Shown: in pieces, positions 39,642 to 51,224 of the stretch
Layout: each line of letters opens with the position of its first letter
Position numbering within the stretch: the first letter of the stretch is position 1
Assembly (NCBI GenBank): GCA_963744145.1
Contig: CAVUSO010000001.1
Span: forward strand, 1,312,001-1,376,000
Direction of reading: 5' to 3'
DNA length: 64,000 nt
Source of the DNA: an uncultured cyanobacterium
GTDB taxonomy: Bacteria > Cyanobacteriota > Cyanobacteriia > Cyanobacteriales > CAWUOF01
The notes under the pieces: generated by a model
Seen by the model: the letters and a program-made list of their open reading frames with translations, nothing else
The model's database searches: none
Told to the model about the DNA's origin: nothing
Position numbers and translations under genes: made by a program

Positions 39642-41309
39642 ATGATTTTATTGTCTGATGCTGATTGGGAAGTGAAGCTAGCATCCCTGCTCAATCCCGA
39701 AACTATGGTTGATTCTACTGATAGTGACCCCTCTGGTCACCTAGCCCCAAGGGTCATGCCTAATTATGATCTAGTTATTTCTGAAGCTATTTATGGAATT
39801 ACCTCTAATCTCCCAGTCGCAACAGGAATGGAACTAGCAATTAACCTTGAACCCATTGGTGGGGAATTGTTTCCTCCGATCCATAAAAAAACCGAAAATA
39901 CCAACGGTTCAACCCACAATGGACAAGTTAATCAACCATTAGTGACCAATTCTAGCGATCGCTTCAACTCGAGCGGATTGCCCCCAGAAGAACCAGAACG
40001 TGGTTTTTTGCCAGTTTTAAAAAACCGTAACTTTTTAGCACTGTGGAGTGGTCAGGTCTTTTCCCAGCTAGCAGACAAAGTTTATTTAGTATTGATGATT
40101 GCTTTGATTGCCACTCGCTTTCAAGCCAATAATCAGCCGATTAGCGGTTGGGTATCGGCAATTATGGTAGCTTTTACGATTCCTGCCGTATTATTTGGTT
40201 CCCTAGCTGGTGTTTTTGTTGATCGATGGTCGAAAAAAGCGGTACTGGTATCGACCAATCTGCTCCGTGGCTGTTTAGTTTTGCTATTACCAGGACTATT
40301 ATGGTTAGTTCACGATTGGCACCCGTGGATGGGGTTACCCATTGGGTTCTGGTTGTTGCTCGGGGTGACATTTTTGGTTTCCACCCTCACCCAGTTTTTT
40401 GCCCCAGCCGAACAATCTACCATTCCTTTAGTCGTAGAGCGAAGACATTTACTATCCGCTAATTCCCTCTATACCACCACCATGATGGCTTCAGTAATTA
40501 TTGGTTTTGCCGTAGGTGAACCAATTTTAGGTCTAGCCAATCGGGTGATCTCCGAAATATCTGGGGGACTCAACTTTGGTCGAGAATTAGTGGTAGGAGG
40601 ATCTTATACGATCGCTGGGTTATTGCTACTTTTACTCAAAACTAATGAAAAAGTTGCAGCTAATTATGAAGCTCCTCATGTCTGGGAAGATATTCGGGAT
40701 GGGTTGAGATTCCTCAAACATCACAAGCCAGTCCGCGGAGCCATGATGCAATTAGGCATCTTATTTTCCATTTTTGCAGCTTTAGCCGTGTTAGCGGTAC
40801 GGATTGCCGAATTAATTCCAGGGATGAAATCTTCTCAATTTGGCTTCTTATTAGCTGCGGGAGGTGCGGGGATGGTTTTGGGTGCAGCTTTTGTGGGGAG
40901 TAAGTTTGGTCATTATTTTTCCCATCCCACCTTAGCTATTTATGGCTCCTGTGGAATGACCCTCTCCCTGATTGGTCTATCCTTCTTCTCCGCTCAATTA
41001 TGGCCAACAGTAGGGCTGATTACCTTATTAGGAGTTTTTGCGGCGATGGTAGGAGTACCCATGCAAACTACAATTCAAGCCGAAACACCAGAAGAAATGC
41101 GTGGTAAGGTCTTTGGGTTACAAAATAATGCTATTAATATAGCCTTAAGTTTGCCTTTGGCTTTGGCTGGATTAGCCGAAACATTTCTGGGTTTACGGGC
41201 TGTATTTTTAAGTTTAGCAGTCATGGCGATCGCTGGTGGTTGTCTAACTTGGTATCTTTTCCGGGCTAATCCGAAAAAGTCAAATTTTCCGGACAAATCA
41301 ATTAGATAA
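39642..41309 (+). CDS. MFS transporter
   Basis: NRNFLALWSGQ, AGVFVDRW, ~12 TM segments, MRGKVFG. Confidence 0.9.
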   Translation: MILLSDADWEVKLASLLNPETMVDSTDSDPSGHLAPRVMPNYDLVISEAIYGITSNLPVATGMELAINLEPIGGELFPPIHKKTENTNGSTHNGQVNQPLVTNSSDRFNSSGLPPEEPERGFLPVLKNRNFLALWSGQVFSQLADKVYLVLMIALIATRFQANNQPISGWVSAIMVAFTIPAVLFGSLAGVFVDRWSKKAVLVSTNLLRGCLVLLLPGLLWLVHDWHPWMGLPIGFWLLLGVTFLVSTLTQFFAPAEQSTIPLVVERRHLLSANSLYTTTMMASVIIGFAVGEPILGLANRVISEISGGLNFGRELVVGGSYTIAGLLLLLLKTNEKVAANYEAPHVWEDIRDGLRFLKHHKPVRGAMMQLGILFSIFAALAVLAVRIAELIPGMKSSQFGFLLAAGGAGMVLGAAFVGSKFGHYFSHPTLAIYGSCGMTLSLIGLSFFSAQLWPTVGLITLLGVFAAMVGVPMQTTIQAETPEEMRGKVFGLQNNAINIALSLPLALAGLAETFLGLRAVFLSLAVMAIAGGCLTWYLFRANPKKSNFPDKSIR

Positions 41310-41434
41310 TTAGCTAAAGTTAATTGTGCATGGCAAAATCCAAGCATAGATCATCCCGAATTGCCGATTTCGCAAAGCAGACTCTGCTTGGAGCCGCAAA
41401 TTACCTATCCTTACCCATTAGCAGTTATACCAGA

Positions 41435-42589
41435 ATGCACATCGCTTGGCTGGGCAAAAAATCTCCTTTTTGCGGCAATGTTACCTATTCCCGCGAAATT
41501 ACCAATGCACTCTTAGAGCGAGGATACCAAGTTAGTTTCCTGCACTTTGAACCAGAAGCTAATGAGGTTGACAACTATAGTTGGCCCGAATGTGCCCAAG
41601 TTCCGCTCCCCTGTCTGTATAAATCCACGATATATACTATTCCCACTTTTCGTTCTAGCAAAGTTTTAAGTGATTCCCTCCGTCAATTACGACCAGATGT
41701 GGTTCATGCTTCTCTGACTTTGTCTCCCTTAGATTTCTTATTACCCGAAATCTGTGCAGAATTAAATTTACCTCTGGTCGCTACCTTTCATCCAGCTTTT
41801 GAACGTAAACCACGCACCCTCACCTCGGGAACTCAACAGTTAACTTATCAGCTTTATGCTCCTTTTTTAGCCAACTACGATCGGGTAATTGTATTTTCCC
41901 AAATTCAACGGGAGTTATTAGTCAAATTAGGAGTGGCTCTAGAAAAAGTAGCTGTCATTCCCAATGGTGTAGATCCGCTTAAATATTCCCCTGGTTATTC
42001 TAATCTCAAAGCAGAATTAGGTGCTAAACGGATCTTTGTTTATCAAGGGAGAATTGCTGTAGAAAAAAATGTTGAATCCCTGCTCCGTGCTTGGAAAAAG
42101 TCCCAAATGTCCATCGACTCTCTCTTGGTAATTGTCGGACATGGACCATTAGCACCTTCTTTAATGTCTTATTATGGTCAGGAATGTGGGGTTTTATGGT
42201 TGGGATTTATTGGTGATGATCAGGAACGAATTGATATTCTACGAGGTTCAGATGTATTTATTTTACCTTCCTTAATTGAAGGACTGTCTTTATCACTTTT
42301 AGAAGCAATGTCTTGTGGTGTTGCTTGTATTGCTACTGACGCAGGTGCAGATGGAGAAGTTTTAGAAAATGGGGCTGGAATTGTGTTAAATACCCAACGG
42401 GTTTCCACGCAATTAAGAACTTTATTACCTTTGTTAGAAGAGCAACCAGAATTCACTAATATTTTAGGTCAAAAAGCACGTCAGCGCGTGCTAGAACGTT
42501 ACACTCTGAGTCGTAATATCACTCAATTAGAAAATCTTTATGTAGAAGTATTGCAAAAGGAACGAATGCAGCTAAGTAGCTATTTATAA
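41435..42589 (+). CDS. dgdA: GT4 glycosyltransferase, probable digalactosyldiacylglycerol synthase
   Basis: MHIAWLGKKSPFCGNVTY N-terminus of the Ycf82/DgdA family; EGLSLSLLEAM. Confidence 0.78.
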   Translation: MHIAWLGKKSPFCGNVTYSREITNALLERGYQVSFLHFEPEANEVDNYSWPECAQVPLPCLYKSTIYTIPTFRSSKVLSDSLRQLRPDVVHASLTLSPLDFLLPEICAELNLPLVATFHPAFERKPRTLTSGTQQLTYQLYAPFLANYDRVIVFSQIQRELLVKLGVALEKVAVIPNGVDPLKYSPGYSNLKAELGAKRIFVYQGRIAVEKNVESLLRAWKKSQMSIDSLLVIVGHGPLAPSLMSYYGQECGVLWLGFIGDDQERIDILRGSDVFILPSLIEGLSLSLLEAMSCGVACIATDAGADGEVLENGAGIVLNTQRVSTQLRTLLPLLEEQPEFTNILGQKARQRVLERYTLSRNITQLENLYVEVLQKERMQLSSYL

Positions 42590-42595
42590 AGTTAA

Positions 42596-44191
42596 TTAGT
42601 TTGATTGAGCAAATACCTGCTCGATCGGCAGCTCCATGATAAACTCTGTACCTTGACCTGGAGTTGATAAACAAGTTAACTTACCCTGATGTTTCTTGAC
42701 AATAATTTCATAGCTAATTGACATCCCCATACCCGTACCTTTACCGACAGGTTTGGTAGTAAAAAATGGCTCAAAAATCCTGGCTTTAATACTTTCAGGT
42801 ATACCGATTCCATTATCACCGATCGCAATTTTGATCCACTGGGAATTAATTTTTGATGTCTGAATTAATATCTGACTAGGATGATTTTTAATTTCTGTAA
42901 CATTACGATTCATATTTGTTTCTTCTAAAGCATCTATAGCATTAACTAAAATATTCATAAATACTTGATTTAGTGGTCCAGGATAGCATTGGATTTGGGG
43001 TAACTGAGTATAGTTTCTAATTATTTCAATCCCTGGACGTTCTGGTTGAGCTTTAGTACGGTGTTGTAAAATTAACAAGGTACTCTCAATCCCTTCATGG
43101 ATATCAACTAACTTGAATTCTGACTCATCTATACGGGAAAAGTTGCGGAGTGATAGAACAATTTTGCGAATCCGATCCGTACCTATATTCATCGAAGCTA
43201 GGATTTTTTCCAAATCTGTTTCCATAAATTCTAGGTCAATTTCATCTGCTAGTTCTTCAATTTCTGATTTAGGGTCAGGATAACAATGTTGATAAAGTTT
43301 AATCAGACGTAATAGATCTGCAATATATTGATCTAAATGATTAAGATTGCCATGAATAAAGTTAACTGGATTATTAATCTCATGGGCAATACCTGCTACT
43401 AAAATTCCCAAACTAGACATTTTTTCTTGTTGGACTAATTGACTTTGGGTTTGTTGTAAATTCAACAGAGTTTTTTCTAGTTGTTCCGTGCGTTCTAATA
43501 TTCGCTCTTCTAATGAGACATTTAGTTGTTGAATTTTTTCTTCAGCTTTCATCCGCTTGTGGATCTCGCTATGGATTAATCGGTAAACCCAGCCAAAAAT
43601 AACCAAATTGACTCCTAATCCACTACTAAAAGCAATTATAGATTGCTGTAAGCTATTAGCTTTCTCCTGCTCTTGATAAAACAAGAGCGCTTTTTCTTGC
43701 GCCTCAATGTCATTTATTATTTGACGAATTTGGTCAGTTATCATTGTTTTATCAAGGCGTTTTATAGATAATATTGCCACATTTAATCCTTGGTTGCGTC
43801 GCAGTTCAATAATGGCATTAAATTGGACTATGCGCTGATTAACTAAGGTATGAACATCATCTATTTTTTGTTTTTGTTCTGGTTCATTTGCTAGTAATTT
43901 CTGTACTACATTATAAGTATAATCAAGATCAAATAAGGTACTGGTAAATAAGTCAAGATATTGCTCTTCACCAGTTAATACATAACCTCGCTCATAGTTT
44001 TGAGCTTCAGTAAGCTTTTCTGGAATATCGTTTATTTTATCAATAATTTCTAGTTTCTCTTGAATGCTTTGATTAGTATTTAGGACACGCATAAAGCTCC
44101 AAAAAGCTAGACTGCTAACTAATATTGATAGTAGGGTAGCCGAAGCTAATCCTATTCCGATTTGGAGTAAAAATTGACGAGTTAGTTTCAT
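42596..44191 (-). CDS. CHASE3-domain sensor histidine kinase
   Basis: [22 protein letters not shown]3 motif between two TMs; [19 protein letters not shown]. Confidence 0.9.
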   Translation of the reverse strand: MKLTRQFLLQIGIGLASATLLSILVSSLAFWSFMRVLNTNQSIQEKLEIIDKINDIPEKLTEAQNYERGYVLTGEEQYLDLFTSTLFDLDYTYNVVQKLLANEPEQKQKIDDVHTLVNQRIVQFNAIIELRRNQGLNVAILSIKRLDKTMITDQIRQIINDIEAQEKALLFYQEQEKANSLQQSIIAFSSGLGVNLVIFGWVYRLIHSEIHKRMKAEEKIQQLNVSLEERILERTEQLEKTLLNLQQTQSQLVQQEKMSSLGILVAGIAHEINNPVNFIHGNLNHLDQYIADLLRLIKLYQHCYPDPKSEIEELADEIDLEFMETDLEKILASMNIGTDRIRKIVLSLRNFSRIDESEFKLVDIHEGIESTLLILQHRTKAQPERPGIEIIRNYTQLPQIQCYPGPLNQVFMNILVNAIDALEETNMNRNVTEIKNHPSQILIQTSKINSQWIKIAIGDNGIGIPESIKARIFEPFFTTKPVGKGTGMGMSISYEIIVKKHQGKLTCLSTPGQGTEFIMELPIEQVFAQSN

Positions 44192-44206
44192 GACTTAGGC
44201 TCTATA

Positions 44207-45007
44207 TCAAGGTTTTAAGGAAGATGGAATAGCCAAAAAACCATATTTTTCAAAAACTGGTATTCCTTTAGGACCGGTAAGGAAGTTGATGAATTCTTTG
44301 GCTTCTTGAGGATACCGACTATTAGTCAATATTGCCACATACAGCATAATTGCTGTGTGAGTATTTTCAGGCGCGATCGCGACAATTTTGACTTTCTGTG
44401 ATAATTTAGCTTCTGATAAAAAAATAATACCTGCATCAGCTTGTTTGCTTTCTAATGCTTTGGCGATTTCTCGGACTTCCACATTAAACCATACTGCTTT
44501 CGACTGAATCTGTGAAAAAATTCCTAAGTTAGTTAAAATCTCTTTGGTGTATTGTCCAACTCCTAGGTTTTCTGTTCCTAGGGCAATTTTTTTGACGCGA
44601 TCGCTAGTTAAGTCTTTAAAGTCAGTGATTCCTAGAGTAGAATCAACCGGAACAATTAATACCATTTTATTAGTGAACAAGCTTTGACGAGTTGCCGATC
44701 GCACCAATCCTTGTTTATCTAAATCATCCATTACTGATTTAGATGTGGTTAGAAAAATATCGAATAAATCTTTTTGTTCAATTCGTTTTTTGAGAACAGT
44801 TGCTCCAGTAAATGTGTATTTAATGGTGACATTAAACTTTTCTTGTCGATATTTGTTTTCAATTTCCAACAACGCATTCCTAGCAGATGGACCTGATGCA
44901 AAACTGAGCGAAACTGGTTTAGCTGTCGGTGGAGAGCTACAGCTACTCAGCAATATGCTGAAGATTAGACAACTAAATAACACCCGAAACAGCAAAAATT
45001 GGGTCAT
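44207..45007 (-). CDS. ModA-like periplasmic binding lipoprotein (divergent)
   Basis: lipobox LSSC; NKMVLIVP, DLTSDRVKKIALG, GQYTKEIL, ADAGI, FEKYGF. Confidence 0.75.
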   Translation of the reverse strand: MTQFLLFRVLFSCLIFSILLSSCSSPPTAKPVSLSFASGPSARNALLEIENKYRQEKFNVTIKYTFTGATVLKKRIEQKDLFDIFLTTSKSVMDDLDKQGLVRSATRQSLFTNKMVLIVPVDSTLGITDFKDLTSDRVKKIALGTENLGVGQYTKEILTNLGIFSQIQSKAVWFNVEVREIAKALESKQADAGIIFLSEAKLSQKVKIVAIAPENTHTAIMLYVAILTNSRYPQEAKEFINFLTGPKGIPVFEKYGFLAIPSSLKP

Positions 45008-45454
45008 TTTAATTAAAACAATACCTATATTTTGGTAAAATCAAATTGTTTGATTATGAAAAAAAACAGCCTATCTACTTAATTTCTGAAGGAAACCATA
45101 ATTGGTCCAAGAGGAAATAAGTTTAGCAAAAATTAGATAATTCCAATTATATTTGAGCAGACATATAATTGTCAATTAATCTAAACATTTGGATCTAACA
45201 GTAACAACGCAATGAAGTGAAGTATTGTGCTTTCATGGCACAAATTTCCTTTTGATCAAACAATATTCTAACTCACATTCAGTGGATCAAAGTCAGTAGG
45301 TAGGGGGACAGCGATCGCCTCACTGCTCTCCATTAGGTAATTTGACCGATTTATGACCCAATTCGCGCTGAAGATCCATTAACAGGAGTTAGGCAGTTGA
45401 ACTGGGGATGTGGTAAAAAGATAGCATAAATTCTGTTGGTATTACAAAAACAAA

Positions 45455-46543
45455 ATGAAATGGGATCATAATTCAATTGTCATTTACACTAGGTTTTTTT
45501 ATATCGAAGATTGGGCACCTCCTTCTATTCACCAAGGAATTGGGGGTAGCGAAGAAGCGGTCATTTATTTAAGTCCGGAACTCGTGAAATTAGGCTATCA
45601 GGTTACTGTATTTAACGAATGTGGTGAGATGGAAGGAGAGTATGATGGAGTGGTCTATAAACCAGTTGAAAAATTTAATGTTGAGGATCAATTTAATATT
45701 TTAATATTTCATCGTAATTGGCAACAACCAATGGTCATGAAAGCAAAAGCGAGAAAAATTGGGGTATGGATGCACGATAATCCTCAATTCCTTTCTGCAA
45801 TCAAACCCGAGGAACGGGCAGAATTTTTAGCAAGTTTTGACAAGTTATTTATGTTGTCAAATTTTCATAAATCTATGTTGCCAGACTGGATTAGTGAGGA
45901 TAAAATATTTTTAACAAGTAATGGAATTCATCTCCCAGATTTTCAGGTAAATGGAATTGAAAGAAACCCAAAGCGCCTAATTTATATTAGTGACTATACC
46001 AGAGGAATAGAACATTTGTTGGTCAGATGGAACGATATTCTGAGAGAAGTACCTGATGCTGAACTGCACCTTTTTTATGGCTGGAACGTAATTAATACTT
46101 TCATTAAGTATAACTGGTTTCCTGATTTACCAGAGCAAAAGAAAAAACTTTTACAGCTTTTTCAACAGAGAAATATTTATGAACATGGAAGAGTTGGTCA
46201 TCAGCAGTTAGTCAGAGAATTATTAAAATCTGGATTATGGGTTTATCCCTGTCATACTGCGGTGGAAACTTTTTGCATTAGTGCTTTAAAAGCTCAAGCA
46301 TCTGGTTGTGTTCCCATTGTCACAGCTTATGGAGGTTTGCAGGAAACGGTAAAATCTGGGATCAAAATCAATGGTCCTGCTGGTGATGAACAAACAAATA
46401 ATGCTTTGATTCAAGCAATTATCGATTTGCTGAAACATCCTGAGCAACAAGAATTTTGGCGAAAAGAAGCTTTATCTTGGAAAAATTCCTTTGGTTGGGA
46501 TCAAGTTGCTCAACAGTGGCACCGCGAATTTTTATCCCTTTAA
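45455..46543 (+). CDS. GT4-like glycosyltransferase
   Basis: GIGGSE, NGI, ETFCISALKAQASGCVP. Confidence 0.85.
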   Translation: MKWDHNSIVIYTRFFYIEDWAPPSIHQGIGGSEEAVIYLSPELVKLGYQVTVFNECGEMEGEYDGVVYKPVEKFNVEDQFNILIFHRNWQQPMVMKAKARKIGVWMHDNPQFLSAIKPEERAEFLASFDKLFMLSNFHKSMLPDWISEDKIFLTSNGIHLPDFQVNGIERNPKRLIYISDYTRGIEHLLVRWNDILREVPDAELHLFYGWNVINTFIKYNWFPDLPEQKKKLLQLFQQRNIYEHGRVGHQQLVRELLKSGLWVYPCHTAVETFCISALKAQASGCVPIVTAYGGLQETVKSGIKINGPAGDEQTNNALIQAIIDLLKHPEQQEFWRKEALSWKNSFGWDQVAQQWHREFLSL

Positions 46544-46567
46544 TTCCGATCCCAAATCCCGTTCCTT

Positions 46568-46640
46568 AGACCAATTTAATGTGAAGTTGCATAGAGCTAG
46601 ATCCCCCTAAATCCCCCTTAAAAATGGGGACTTTTAATTC
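46568..46640. repeat. MITE end plus REP-like arm
   Basis: AGACCAATTTAATGTGAAGTTGCATAGAGCTAGATCCCCC is the reverse complement of 7095-7134. Confidence 0.65.
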
Positions 46641-46642
46641 TG

Positions 46643-46748
46643 GATTAAAAATTTCGCTCAAATCTGACCAATCTACTCCGATCATTATTCTTCTAATGGT
46701 GGAATAAGATGGAGTTTTCTGTCGGGGAATTAGAAAATATTTAAGCAA
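46643..46748 (-). pseudogene. ISAs1-family transposase fragment
   Basis: PSYSTIRRIMIGVDWSDLSEIFN resembles the ISAs1 N-terminal region. Confidence 0.55.
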
Positions 46749-46814
46749 ACGTAGGGGCGCAAGAGCAATACGCCCCTACCCATTTGGCATAATCTCCTCA
46801 GAAATCAAAAAATT

Positions 46815-46856
46815 AGCGGTTATGATCTAGTAAACTAGATCATAACCGCTTTTTAT
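46815..46856. terminator. 16-bp perfect hairpin with T tract
   Basis: AGCGGTTATGATCTAG-TAAA-CTAGATCATAACCGCT-TTTT. Confidence 0.7.
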
Positions 46857-46943
46857 TTTCCCGATCTAAAGTTAGGATGAAACGGCCCTGCCTCCTTAAG
46901 GGGGTTGAGGGGATCAATTCTAGTTGGTATTAGGATAAATAAT

Positions 46944-47245
46944 CTAAAGCTTGCACATAGAAAGATTACCTCTCCTACCTGGTGGTCCGTTAGCAATCCA
47001 TCCTTTTACTGGAGATTCAATTTCAATCCAATTATTATTGTCATTATTAATAACATATATTGGCACCTCAGAAACTCTGACTGTTTCTCCACTATTAACC
47101 TGTCCAACTTGGGGAGAATTTGGATTAGCTTCAGCATGAATTATTAAACCTTTTGTTACTGAGGAATTAACCTGAAGACATTTGTTTTCCCCGAACGGTA
47201 TTTGATAAGCGATCGCGTAGCAATCAACAGAATTTTGTCCGGATT
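46944..47245 (-). pseudogene. SH3b-like domain gene whose 5' end is occupied by REP/MITE sequence
   Basis: GLIIHAEANPNSPQVGQV…WIEIESPVKGWIA; the upstream part of the ORF (47246-47426) is repeat DNA. Confidence 0.5.
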
Positions 47246-47344
47246 TGTAGGGGCGAAGCATGTTTAGCGACAATTGAACAATCAAACCAATAACATTATC
47301 CCCGAATGCTGATGCCGTAGGCATCGCTACGCGAACGCCCTTCT

Positions 47345-47510
47345 TCGCCGAGAGCTCCCAAAAAATCTTAACTGAATGGATTTTAATATCTAGTTGATCG
47401 GTTAGCTGCATAAATGGTGAGGGCAAAGCATTTCGGTCATATTATTCTTCGTTGAAGCCATCATTTACTCGCCGAAATGCTTTGCCCCTACAGGTAACTG
47501 AACCCTATTG
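47345..47510. mobile_element. non-autonomous repeat ending in TAACTGAACCCTATTG, carrying a REP hairpin
   Basis: colinear with ~59190-59479; internal GGGCAAAGCATTTCGG…CCGAAATGCTTTGCCC. Confidence 0.75.
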
Positions 47511-47628
47511 TTCTGTAGTTAAAATTTTAATAATTGGGATCAGAAAAAAATTCGATGAAAAACCACCAAAGCTTTATATTAGACGTTTGGTGGTTTTTTT
47601 AAGCGATCGCATCCACAAAAACCGCTAC

Positions 47629-48144
47629 TTAATGAGCATCTTGCAACTCATAGAAATCAGGAGAGATATAATCCTTCCGCAATGGCCAGCCCACCCAATC
47701 TTCGGGCATCAAAATCCGTTTTAAATTCGGGTGCCCTTCATAGATGATGCCGTACATATCATAAGTCTCACGTTCTTGCCAATCCGCAGCTTTCCAGATC
47801 CAGTAAACTGAAGCTACTCTAGGATCAATCCGAGGAAGAAATACTTTGAGACGTACTTCTTCAGGGCGATCGGCATCATTGGTAACTTTAATCAAATGAT
47901 AAAAGCTCACCAAATCCTCTCCCGGACCTACATCATAACCACCTTGACATTGTAGATAGTTAAATCCGTAAGCATAAAGAGCAGTTGCTAAGGGAATTAA
48001 AAAATCCCGGTCAACCTTAATAATTTCCACACCGAGATGATCGACACCCAAGGATTCATGGGCAAAACCATTTTCTGTTAACCATCCAGCAACTTTGCCC
48101 GATGTCGCTAACTGAGATTCTTTTGTCTCATCAACCACGATCAA
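47629..48144 (-). CDS. ndhJ: NDH-1 subunit J
   Basis: [31 protein letters not shown]. Confidence 0.96.
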   Translation of the reverse strand: MIVVDETKESQLATSGKVAGWLTENGFAHESLGVDHLGVEIIKVDRDFLIPLATALYAYGFNYLQCQGGYDVGPGEDLVSFYHLIKVTNDADRPEEVRLKVFLPRIDPRVASVYWIWKAADWQERETYDMYGIIYEGHPNLKRILMPEDWVGWPLRKDYISPDFYELQDAH

Positions 48145-48880
48145 CTACCTCCGGTTGAGATACTTTCAATGCTGGAGGTACAGCCATCCCCATTGCTTCA
48201 GTTAGCTCCTTCGGAGGTACTTGACGCTCAGTTGTTTGTAAATATTTACCATTCAAAATATCTGGCACTGACTTCATCTGATGAGTAACAGAGTAATAAC
48301 GATGAGTTTGCAGTAACCTGGCACGTTCCTGGAGGGAATCATTAGAAATCTTTTTCCGCAGTTTCACGATCGCATCCATAATCGCTTCGGGACGTGGTGG
48401 ACAACCAGGAATATAAACATCCACTGGAATCAACTTATCTACACCACGAACCGCTGTGGGGGAATCTACACTAAACATTCCACCAGTAATGGTACAAGCT
48501 CCCATCGCGATCACATATTTCGGTTCTGGCATTTGCTCATACAACCGGACCAGAATCGGTGCATATTTCATCGTAATCGTCCCGGCTGTGATCAGCAAAT
48601 CAGCTTGACGGGGGGTAGAACGAGGTACTAAACCAAAGCGATCGAAATCAAACCGAGAACCGATCATCCCTGCGAATTCAATAAAACAACAGGCTGTACC
48701 ATACATCAACGGCCATAGACTCGATAATCTTGCCCAATTATACAGGTCATCTACGGTAGTTAGGATCAAGTTCTCGGAAAGTTCTTGAGTAACTTGAGGA
48801 CGCTCAATCGGGTTTGAGATCCGTTCCGACGGCTGCAATTCAACAGCAGAATTTGGGGTAGAGTTAGCTTTTATGACCAT
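48131..48880 (-). CDS. ndhK: NDH-1 subunit K
   Basis: [28 protein letters not shown]. Confidence 0.96.
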   Translation of the reverse strand: MVIKANSTPNSAVELQPSERISNPIERPQVTQELSENLILTTVDDLYNWARLSSLWPLMYGTACCFIEFAGMIGSRFDFDRFGLVPRSTPRQADLLITAGTITMKYAPILVRLYEQMPEPKYVIAMGACTITGGMFSVDSPTAVRGVDKLIPVDVYIPGCPPRPEAIMDAIVKLRKKISNDSLQERARLLQTHRYYSVTHQMKSVPDILNGKYLQTTERQVPPKELTEAMGMAVPPALKVSQPEVVDRG

Positions 48881-49233
48881 TCCAAGGCTCCTTTGCGCCA
48901 AGCGTAGACAAGAGCAATGACCAAAATTGTAATAAAAATCAAAGCTTCAATAAAAGCCAGAACTCCTAGTTGATGAAAAGCGACAGCCCAGGGATAAAGG
49001 AAAACCGTTTCTACATCAAAGATCACAAAGACCAGAGCAAACATATAGTAACGAATGTTGAACTGAATCCATGCTCCGCCAATTGGTTCCACCCCTGACT
49101 CATAGGTGGTACATCGCTCTGGGCCGCGACGAATCGGACGAAGTAACTTAGACGCCCCAAGAGCAAGGGCTGGGACTAGGCTAGTAATGAGCAGAAAGCC
49201 TAGAAAATATTCGTAGCCACTAAGGACAAACAC
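48871..49233 (-). CDS. ndhC: NDH-1 subunit C
   Basis: [28 protein letters not shown]. Confidence 0.96.
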   Translation of the reverse strand: MFVLSGYEYFLGFLLITSLVPALALGASKLLRPIRRGPERCTTYESGVEPIGGAWIQFNIRYYMFALVFVIFDVETVFLYPWAVAFHQLGVLAFIEALIFITILVIALVYAWRKGALEWS

Positions 49234-49468
49234 AATCTACTAATTACCGTTTGGGGTTAACAAGAATAATGTTAACTATTTTGCCATTGTTCATTGGTTA
49301 TTTTTGCTCGTGGATTACTTATCAATGATATTGGTTAATCCCTATGTCCATGATCGCCAAAAATTCCGCAAACAGTCTGATGGGGGGCAAAATTTTGGTA
49401 ACCACTCATGTCATAATTTGTAACAGGGATTTTAAGATTTGCCAACCAATTCCCTTGCTGCTTAACCA

Positions 49469-49804
49469 ATGACTACCGAAACTGTTGAGCCAACACCGCT
49501 CGATTGTCACGAATGTCCCGCTTGCGGTTACATTTATGAACCCAACCAGGGTGATAGCAAACACAATATCGAGCCGGGAATCCCGTTTGAAGACTTACCT
49601 GCGACTTGGCGCTGTCCTGTTTGTGGCGTTAAAAAGGTCAAGTTTCAAAATATCGGTCCGGCTCAGACTGCTTCTGGATTTAAGGAAAATCTGGGCTTTG
49701 GGCTTGGCGTTAATTCTTTAACATCAAACCAAAAAAGTTTGCTAATTTTTGGGGCTTTGGCTTTAGGCTTCTTAATACTAATTAGCTTCTATGGCTTAGA
49801 GTAA
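49469..49804 (+). CDS. rubA: membrane-anchored rubredoxin
   Basis: CPACGYIYEP…WRCPVCG plus C-terminal TM; upstream of ycf48. Confidence 0.92.
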   Translation: MTTETVEPTPLDCHECPACGYIYEPNQGDSKHNIEPGIPFEDLPATWRCPVCGVKKVKFQNIGPAQTASGFKENLGFGLGVNSLTSNQKSLLIFGALALGFLILISFYGLE

Positions 49805-49837
49805 ATAGCTGCTAGGCAAAGACCAAATAAGGTTAGA

Positions 49838-50854
49838 GTGAAGATGGACTCAATTGTGAGATTTTGGCAACGAATTGTAATTTTTTTGGCTGTTGTTCTC
49901 ATCTGTACAGGTTGTAACCGGGCTTTTTTACCTGAGCTGAGTGATCACCCCTGGCAGTTGGTCAAAGTCCCGACCAATGCGAATTTATTGGATGTGGCTT
50001 TTACTAGTGACCCCCAACATGGTTGGTTAGTAGGGAGTTCAGCAACTTTACTAGAATCAACCGATGGTGGTAAGACATGGCAGTTGAAAAAATTCGATTT
50101 AGCAGAAGAAAAAGTTCGTTTTAACTCCGTCAGCTTTTCTGGTCCAGAAGGGTGGATTGTCGGAGAACCTTCTATTTTGTTACATACAGAAGATGAAGGC
50201 AAAACCTGGTCTCGCATTGCTCTACCAGGACAGTTACCGGGAGTACCCTTAAGTATTGTCGCTTTGGGTCCGGATGCGGCAGAGATGACCACTGATGTGG
50301 GGGCGATTTATCAAACTACAGATCAAGGTCAACACTGGAAAGCAATGGTCAAGGGAGCGGTAGGGATAGTGCGTAACTTAAATCGCTCTGCTGATGGTAA
50401 GTATGTAGCGGTTTCTGCTAAAGGCAATTTCTACTCGACTTGGGAACCAGGACAAGATACCTGGATACCTCATAACCGCAATAGTTCCCGTCGCGTTCAG
50501 AATATGGGTTTTAGCCCAGATGGACGGATGTGGATGTTAGCTAGAGGTGGTCAGATTCAATTTACTAGCCCCGATCAGCCAGATCAATGGGAGGAAGCGC
50601 AAAATCCTGAGTTGTCCACTAGTTGGGGGCTACTGGATATTGCTTATCGGACTCCAGACGAAATTTGGGTGACTGGTGGTAGTGGTAATTTACTCCGTAG
50701 TGTTGATGGTGGCAAAACTTGGCAAAAAGACCGCGAGGTGGAGGATGTTCCCTCTAATTTGTACAAGATTTTGTTTTTAACACCCGAAAAAGGTTTTATT
50801 ATTGGTCAGCGTGGCATTTTGCTGAGATATGAGCCAGCACCTCAGCCAGCTTAA
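49838..50854 (+). CDS. ycf48: PSII assembly factor Ycf48/Hcf136
   Basis: BNR repeats (STDGGKTW), HNRNSSRRVQNMGF; precedes psbE. Confidence 0.95.
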   Translation: MKMDSIVRFWQRIVIFLAVVLICTGCNRAFLPELSDHPWQLVKVPTNANLLDVAFTSDPQHGWLVGSSATLLESTDGGKTWQLKKFDLAEEKVRFNSVSFSGPEGWIVGEPSILLHTEDEGKTWSRIALPGQLPGVPLSIVALGPDAAEMTTDVGAIYQTTDQGQHWKAMVKGAVGIVRNLNRSADGKYVAVSAKGNFYSTWEPGQDTWIPHNRNSSRRVQNMGFSPDGRMWMLARGGQIQFTSPDQPDQWEEAQNPELSTSWGLLDIAYRTPDEIWVTGGSGNLLRSVDGGKTWQKDREVEDVPSNLYKILFLTPEKGFIIGQRGILLRYEPAPQPA

Positions 50855-50950
50855 AGTTGAGGGATTAATCCTGCTGACTTGTGCCGGTTTTGTCCAGCTC
50901 GTATGATCAGAATGTTGAGTTTTTAACTGTTGTTAATTGGAGGAATTGCG

Positions 50951-51202
50951 ATGTCAGGCGGATCAACTGGAGAACGCCCATTTTCGGATATTATTACTAG
51001 TGTTCGTTATTGGGTAATTCACAGCATTACTATTCCAGCTTTGTTTATCGCTGGTTGGTTATTTGTTAGTACCGGTTTGGCTTATGATGCGTTTGGTACA
51101 CCCCGACCAAATGAGTATTATACTCAAACCCGTCAACAAGTGCCCATTGTTAGCGATCGCTTTGAAAGTAAACAGCAAATCCAAGATTTTATCAGTAAGT
51201 AA
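50951..51202 (+). CDS. psbE: cytochrome b559 alpha subunit
   Basis: [31 protein letters not shown] before ATG 50951. Confidence 0.97.
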   Translation: MSGGSTGERPFSDIITSVRYWVIHSITIPALFIAGWLFVSTGLAYDAFGTPRPNEYYTQTRQQVPIVSDRFESKQQIQDFISK

Positions 51203-51224
51203 TTGTTGTTAGGAGTGGTAAGTT

